Below, in pieces: positions 58,534 through 64,000 of a stretch of DNA of 64,000 bases (position 1 is the first letter of the stretch; each line of letters opens with the position of its first letter). The notes under the pieces are model-generated. The model was not told the origin of the DNA, ran no database searches, and was given only the letters and a program-made list of their open reading frames with translations. Source of the DNA: an archaeon (GTDB lineage: Archaea > Asgardarchaeota > Thorarchaeia > Thorarchaeales > Thorarchaeaceae); NCBI GenBank assembly GCA_024276825.1, contig JAJRWI010000044.1, forward strand, positions 1-64,000, written 5' to 3'. Made by a program: the position numbers and the translations under genes.

Positions 58534-59592
58534 ATGAGAGTTAAAAGGCTCTGTGTCAGAGTGCCCAAACATCTTGGCGAGCATACAAGACAGAAGCTCT
58601 TGGAACACGGCGCATTAGATATTAAATGCAGAATACTTGAAGTAAATGGGCATCTTATGATACCAACCAGACCTGAAATCAAGAAGTCCGTGGTTGCAAA
58701 GATATTTAGCGATACACCCTGTGAGATATGCCCTCATGAGTTTGATATGTTGTCCTCGGGTCCAAGGAGCCTTGAAGAAGCTCTTGCTGGAGTGTTGAGC
58801 CATAAAGAATTGAGTCTTTTGCCGCGTGCTTATGACCTCATTGGTGATATTGCGGTTCTTGAGATTCCCCCTGAATTGGAACAATACTCATCACAAATTG
58901 GCTATGCCTTCCTATCCATACATAAGAATTTCAAAACTGTCCTTGCAAAAGAGGGGGCAATCTCAGGACTTACCCGAACTCGAAAATATCGCCTGTTGGC
59001 GGGTGAGAACAAAACAAGGACGGTGCATACAGAGTATGGCGTTAAAATTGCAGTAGATCTTGCAGTGGCATATTTCAGTCCAAGATTATTGGAGGAACAC
59101 CATCGAGTGGCAAGTCTTGCGTCAGATGGCGAACGCGTCTTTGATATGTTTACTGGGGTTGGACCATTTGCCCTTCATATTACAAAGCATCATGCTTCAG
59201 ATGTGGTTGCTGTTGATATTAATGGGGCAGCAATCATTCTACTCATGGATAGCATTGACATGAATCAACTCACTGGCAGGGTCTTCCCAGTCATCAGCGA
59301 TGCCAGGGATTATGCATATGCTTGCACCGTTGATTTTCATAGGATCATAATGAATCATCCATCTGGGTCTGAGGCTTTTGTAGATGCCGCATGTAGAGTA
59401 ATAGCCCCTGGTGGAGTCATTCACTTTTACTCATTCATTGCTGGAAATAATCCAGAAGCGCAGATGGAGAAAAAGATCACTAGACTGGTTACTGCTGCAG
59501 GTCGTAAGGTGTCAGACATTCCAACAATCAGAAAGGTCCGCGATAGTGCTCCTTATGAGTTCCAGATGGTCGCAGATGTAGTCATTGATTGA
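58534..59592 (+). CDS. trm5: tRNA m1G37 methyltransferase Trm5 family
   Basis: YDLIGDIA, YFSPRL, DMFTGVGPF, RIIMN. Confidence 0.9.
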   Translation: MRVKRLCVRVPKHLGEHTRQKLLEHGALDIKCRILEVNGHLMIPTRPEIKKSVVAKIFSDTPCEICPHEFDMLSSGPRSLEEALAGVLSHKELSLLPRAYDLIGDIAVLEIPPELEQYSSQIGYAFLSIHKNFKTVLAKEGAISGLTRTRKYRLLAGENKTRTVHTEYGVKIAVDLAVAYFSPRLLEEHHRVASLASDGERVFDMFTGVGPFALHITKHHASDVVAVDINGAAIILLMDSIDMNQLTGRVFPVISDARDYAYACTVDFHRIIMNHPSGSEAFVDAACRVIAPGGVIHFYSFIAGNNPEAQMEKKITRLVTAAGRKVSDIPTIRKVRDSAPYEFQMVADVVID

Positions 59593-60007
59593 TGAATACA
59601 ATCTCGCACTCAATAATCACCTTGGGGTCCTTGATGGTTGCAATGAACTCTCGATTAAGGTCTGCAGCTGCCTTGTCCGCTCTTACCATCAATGTCCTAC
59701 TACACTCAAAAGAACTCTTACGTGCTACCATACTATTCTTGTCAGAGTAATCTAGACCTGAACTCCCTCTTCCCACTATCTCCTCAGTAATACCCCCTGC
59801 GCTCAATCTTAGAATTATCAGTGTACTTGACTGTCTTGCCAGTAGCTTGATGACATCATCCAACTCAGCAAGGTTTGTACTCGAACGAACCCCCACAATA
59901 CAGTTCCCTCGTTTTGTGAGATGAACTTCATTTGTTATCTCCAATGTTGTTCGATGGGTTGCAATAATATTCTCGTGGCCATGGGCTCTAAACTGCACTC
60001 GGTGCAT
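59582..60007 (-). CDS. DUF371 protein
   Basis: GHENIIATHRTTLEIT, GNCIVG, RKSSF, ADKAAADL. Confidence 0.88.
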   Translation of the reverse strand: MHRVQFRAHGHENIIATHRTTLEITNEVHLTKRGNCIVGVRSSTNLAELDDVIKLLARQSSTLIILRLSAGGITEEIVGRGSSGLDYSDKNSMVARKSSFECSRTLMVRADKAAADLNREFIATIKDPKVIIECEIVFINQ

Positions 60008-60064
60008 GATTGTCAGCTCTTACTAATCTATTTATCATACAATACACAATTATAGTCGATAATT

Positions 60065-60742
60065 ATGCTGGATAAAGACCTTACTCGTGATAAGGAACGA
60101 CTAATTAAACGTCTGAAAAACATTGGTTATCTGACCAGCAAGTCAGTAGAAGATGCCCTAAGAAGAGTGCCCAGAGAGGACTTTCTTCCTGACTATCTGA
60201 GAAAAGATGCGTATCGCGATACGCCCCTCCCTATTGGTCATGGGCAGACAATCTCTGCCCCTCACATGTGTGTGATTATGTGTGAGGGTCTCCAATTAGA
60301 GAAAGGGATGCGCGTTCTTGAAGTGGGTGCTGGATCAGGATACCATGCAGCCCTTTGTGCTGAGCTGGTCTATACTCCTCATGACCCGCAAGCAGGTCAT
60401 GTATACACCATAGAGATTGTTACGGAACTAATAGATTTCGCCCGTCGAAACCTTGAGAGAGCTGGCTATTCAGACAGGGTTACACTTATCCATGGAGATG
60501 GGGGCAAAGGCTTACCCGAGTATGCCCCATTTGATCGCATTCTTGTTGCAGCTGCAGCACCCAAGATACCTCCCCCATTAATTGAACAACTTGCCAATGA
60601 TGGAATCATGCTGATCCCTGTGGGATCACACGGGTTCTATCAAGAGCTCATGATGGTCATTAAGGACTCGGAAGGTCAGACAACATACAAACGATGGGGG
60701 GGTGTGGCATTTGTACCATTGACTGGTGAATATGGCCATTAG
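60065..60742 (+). CDS. pcm: protein-L-isoaspartate O-methyltransferase
   Basis: QTISAPHM, LEVGAGSGY, APFDRI, FVPL. Confidence 0.96.
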   Translation: MLDKDLTRDKERLIKRLKNIGYLTSKSVEDALRRVPREDFLPDYLRKDAYRDTPLPIGHGQTISAPHMCVIMCEGLQLEKGMRVLEVGAGSGYHAALCAELVYTPHDPQAGHVYTIEIVTELIDFARRNLERAGYSDRVTLIHGDGGKGLPEYAPFDRILVAAAAPKIPPPLIEQLANDGIMLIPVGSHGFYQELMMVIKDSEGQTTYKRWGGVAFVPLTGEYGH

Positions 60743-61428
60743 TCTGCCCGATGAAGAGGTATGATTGTCAAGGTGACTGAACTGCCATCCTCCAGATTCA
60801 ACTCCTCTCTGAGGTTTATGGGTGCGATTATCTCAATCACATTCTCACTATGATGAGTGCGCTGAGCAATTACCACTGCTCCATCGATAGACCCATTGAT
60901 TTTCACCCGATAGCAAATCACATCACCGAAGGTCCTGTCTTCCTGAGTGAATCCCTTTACTATTAATGGGGGTCCCCTACGCATTCTGTTAAGAGCTATC
61001 CGTGACCCCTCATTCTGTACAAGGATATTCAGAGTACCTGGATATGGTCTGAACCCCAAGGCTTTCTCAAAGTGTTCTGAATAGACCTCCACATAATATG
61101 CTCCCTCACCAAGCCCCCCCATGACTCTACCTCTAATATCGAATTCATCCTCATATTGAGTGAATGCTGTTTCAAGCCCTTTTAGAACATCATCCAATAC
61201 TTTTACTCCCTTTTTGGTGATCTTGACCAGCATCCCATTAGATGAATGAGTTCTCTCAACATATTCTTGGTTCACGCAAGTCATTATTCTGCGTGAAGCG
61301 GTCTGTTGACTGATATTCAGCAACTTGCCAAGGTCACTTGTAGTAATTATTATCCTTCTATGAATTGCCCCCTGTTGTGCCAAGGCATAAAGAGTGAACC
61401 AGATGTCAGGCTCAGTCATAAGGCTCAT
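60739..61428 (-). CDS. ribK: CTP-dependent riboflavin kinase with N-terminal HTH (RibK/RbkR)
   Basis: SQQTASR, GLGEG.YY, PYPGTLN, RTHH. Confidence 0.93.
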   Translation of the reverse strand: MSLMTEPDIWFTLYALAQQGAIHRRIIITTSDLGKLLNISQQTASRRIMTCVNQEYVERTHSSNGMLVKITKKGVKVLDDVLKGLETAFTQYEDEFDIRGRVMGGLGEGAYYVEVYSEHFEKALGFRPYPGTLNILVQNEGSRIALNRMRRGPPLIVKGFTQEDRTFGDVICYRVKINGSIDGAVVIAQRTHHSENVIEIIAPINLREELNLEDGSSVTLTIIPLHRAD

Positions 61429-62069
61429 TCATCTCTCTCCTTAAGGTCAAGCTTTCTCTCAAACTCCTGTACTCTCTCAATAAGCCTCTCTTGTCGAATG
61501 GCACTTGTGACATCGCCCCTAGTCCTCTCAACAATTCCTCTACCAACATCACATTTTCGTCGCAAGTCAGGAATGAGTGCATTCGGATAGTCAAACGATA
61601 CAAGCTCATCAAGAATGTCTTCCATGAACATCAGTAGTTTCTTAGCCCTCTTCATATCATTCTCTCGTAGGGCCTCTAATGTTGCTCTTCTCAGCTCTCC
61701 AATCACATCAGCAAGCCCTGTCAAATACGGTCGTGATGGTATATCAAACCTGTCTGATGCTGAAACCTCTCCATCTCTCAGTATTGTCAACAGATTGACA
61801 GCTTCAGTCAACTCTTGATATGCCACATCAAGAATCTTTGACTTTGACATAAAGGGACTCTCTTCCAATCTACTATCAATCTGATTGATAATATCATAGG
61901 CCGCATTGATATTGTTCTCTGATTTCTCGTACTCCCCTCTATGAGCCTGCTTTATTGCCTCACTGCATAGTCTGACAGCATCCCTTGCTGCTGGAAGGAC
62001 CTCCTCTCGAATTGCATCATCATGATCTATCTCTTCTCTTACTCTATTCAGAATATCACTCAGTTTCAA
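61425..62069 (-). CDS. Translin/TRAX (C3PO) family protein
   Basis: QELTEA, YLTGLADVIGELRR, LRRKCD. Confidence 0.88.
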   Translation of the reverse strand: MKLSDILNRVREEIDHDDAIREEVLPAARDAVRLCSEAIKQAHRGEYEKSENNINAAYDIINQIDSRLEESPFMSKSKILDVAYQELTEAVNLLTILRDGEVSASDRFDIPSRPYLTGLADVIGELRRATLEALRENDMKRAKKLLMFMEDILDELVSFDYPNALIPDLRRKCDVGRGIVERTRGDVTSAIRQERLIERVQEFERKLDLKERDE

Positions 62070-62081
62070 TCCTGATCCCTC

Positions 62082-63125
62082 TCAATTCAATCTCTTCACA
62101 TGTTTCATCTTTGAAAGTAGCACTACTCTGCTCTCTACTTGCTCATCAACTAGATAATACCCTGTTAATGATGATATTTTCTCCGAAAATGCACGAATCT
62201 CAGAATGAGATGGTGCATTCTCAGGACACATTCTACCCCTAGATGACCCTAGATACATGTATCCTTTCACCTCTATGAAGTCAGGCTCTCCCTTAAGAAT
62301 TAACTTCGAATATGACCTTGGGTAATGCATGTTCCTCTTTGCTACCATTGTCAGTCTGTTCACTGTGCGAGTGGACATCGATTCTAACAACTCTTGAGTC
62401 CGATTTAATCTATCCCATGCATCAGGATGAACAGGATGACAGAGTTTCTTTAGAGTCTTTTCATCTGGAGCAGCAAGAGTCACATACAATTGCGTGGGTA
62501 AGGTCAAATCTGACAGCACCGTAGGCTGAAGACCATTTGTGACAAGAAATGAGGTCATACCGCGACCATGAACCTCTTCAATCAGATCGCTTAGAAATGG
62601 ATACAAGGTCGGTTCACCTGCCAGAGATATTGCAACATGCTTTGGTTTTCGTGCCTCAAGGTATTTTTTCTTAGAAACATTAGCCCCAGCTTCTGGATTA
62701 TATCCTCCCAGTGATCTAATATTTGCCATTAGTGTTGCATCAAGCAGGTCCTTGGCAGGCTCAACACCATCTTGAATCACACTCAGTTGATCCCAGTAAA
62801 CTCCAACATCTACAGGGGTCACTCTCCAACAGAAATCACAGCTCTGACTGCATTTGTCCACCACAGGCGTCATCTGGACACACCTATGGGACTCGATGCC
62901 ATAGAACCGTTGCTTATAGCAGTGATCACCAGTCAAAAGACTTCTTCTCTGCCATTGACATGCTTTGAACGCCCCTCTTATCCCTAGGATATGATACCCC
63001 TGACTATCAAGGCGTTCTCTGAGTTTTTCTGGCATATTATCTGTCAAGGTGGTATCAATCTGATTGTCATAATTTAACTTTTCAAGATTATCAAATGTCA
63101 TTTTTCTGTGCCAATTCATCTGCAA
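62082..63125 (-). CDS. taw1: 4-demethylwyosine synthase Taw1/TYW1 (start uncertain)
   Basis: CYKQRFYGIESHRC, CSQSCDFCWR, SLAGEPTLY, EVKGYM. Confidence 0.94.
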   Translation of the reverse strand: MQMNWHRKMTFDNLEKLNYDNQIDTTLTDNMPEKLRERLDSQGYHILGIRGAFKACQWQRRSLLTGDHCYKQRFYGIESHRCVQMTPVVDKCSQSCDFCWRVTPVDVGVYWDQLSVIQDGVEPAKDLLDATLMANIRSLGGYNPEAGANVSKKKYLEARKPKHVAISLAGEPTLYPFLSDLIEEVHGRGMTSFLVTNGLQPTVLSDLTLPTQLYVTLAAPDEKTLKKLCHPVHPDAWDRLNRTQELLESMSTRTVNRLTMVAKRNMHYPRSYSKLILKGEPDFIEVKGYMYLGSSRGRMCPENAPSHSEIRAFSEKISSLTGYYLVDEQVESRVVLLSKMKHVKRLN

Positions 63126-64000
63126 GTATTTCTTGCTGCGCCCATGAGCCTGTTAGCACCCCTTTCCTTGACAATTCTCCTAGATGTTTCCTACTCTCTT
63201 CATCAAGTCTTCCTGGCGGCATATTCTCAAAGGCACTACCGGGTAATGGCATAAACACATGACCATGAACCTTTGCTCCCATGTCTACAAGCTCATAACA
63301 CAAGTCAATACTTGCCCTCAAATCGTCCTCTCTCTCTCCAGGTAAGCCGAAGATAATATCCACATGTGGAATGAATCCACACTCTAATGCCACCTGAACT
63401 CCATTGATTCCTTCAGCTACAGTATGATGTCTGTTTGATATTTCAAGGACTTTATCACTTCCTGACTGGACCCCTATCTGAATGGTCTTATTTGCCACAT
63501 ATTGGCGAAGAATCTCAAGAGCTTTCTTACTAACAAACTCTGGACGCACCTCAGATGGAAATGCTCCAAAGTATACCTCTTCAAGACCATTTATTCCTGA
63601 TACTCCTCTGACCAGCCGCTCAAGCTTGTCTAACTCTACTGATCTCCCGTGGCCACCATAACACAAGGCATTGGGCGATAAGAACCATGTACGCCTGAAT
63701 CCTCTCTCTCTGACGGCTCTATCAACCCAATACAACACATTCTCTATGCTCCTATGACGTACTCTGCCTCCTGTGAGATAAGGTGTACAACAGAACTTGC
63801 AGGAGAAGGGACACCCTCTTGTCACCTCAATGGGCCCCACAACATTCATCTCGATTGCAAAGGGCGGATAATTGTCCAGTTTTATCTGTGAGAGGTCTTT
63901 TGGTCTTGGATAATTCTCTCTGATATTTGAAACAACACCCTCAATGCCTGCTGGGTCATCACGAGTCACCAACCGATGAACAAGATCTGGAAATGTCCGT
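63091..64000 (-). CDS. radical SAM protein (B12-binding/TIGR04013-like), 5' end outside the window
   Basis: EVTRGCPFSCKFC, FPSEVRPE, QSGS; frame open to the window edge. Confidence 0.85.
   Translation of the reverse strand, partial: RTFPDLVHRLVTRDDPAGIEGVVSNIRENYPRPKDLSQIKLDNYPPFAIEMNVVGPIEVTRGCPFSCKFCCTPYLTGGRVRHRSIENVLYWVDRAVRERGFRRTWFLSPNALCYGGHGRSVELDKLERLVRGVSGINGLEEVYFGAFPSEVRPEFVSKKALEILRQYVANKTIQIGVQSGSDKVLEISNRHHTVAEGINGVQVALECGFIPHVDIIFGLPGEREDDLRASIDLCYELVDMGAKVHGHVFMPLPGSAFENMPPGRLDEESRKHLGELSRKGVLTGSWAQQEILADELAQKNDI

Noticed and set aside
1-64000. CRISPR array, rRNA or replication origin repeats
   Set aside because: No regularly spaced repeats, rRNA signatures or ORB-like boxes were seen by eye

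Overview
Archaeal chromosomal window, most likely from an Asgard archaeon (Thorarchaeia-like; inferred from PolD together with Elf1, an Arf/MglA-like small GTPase, a eukaryote-like STT3, a DC2/OSTC homolog and a PAC4-like protein). Most of it is housekeeping: EF-1alpha, aIF5B, aIF2alpha, ribosomal proteins, Rpo3/Rpo10, PolD DP2, RPA, RadB, XPD, Lhr, TopA, folate/C1 genes and wyosine genes. Archaeal lipid and isoprenoid genes are concentrated here (egsA, carS, a four-gene modified mevalonate operon, IPK). RNA genes read from the sequence are SRP RNA, tRNA-Pro(CGG), tRNA-Ser(GCT) with a 59/60 intron, and tRNA-Lys(CTT) with two introns (37/38 and 53/54). The best candidate for an undescribed system is 53281-57387: a secreted linalool dehydratase/isomerase homolog, an ECF S-component, a phytol/farnesol-type kinase and isopentenyl-phosphate kinase, which together look like a terpene/prenol scavenging pathway. 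Other highlights are a scattered set of eukaryote-like oligosaccharyltransferase subunits, an IS110 remnant with a bridge-RNA-like leader, a structured rpo3 leader and an orphan C5-methyltransferase/SPOUT pair. No CRISPR array or rRNA was seen. All family assignments come from motif recognition by eye and recalled reference sequences; no searches were run.
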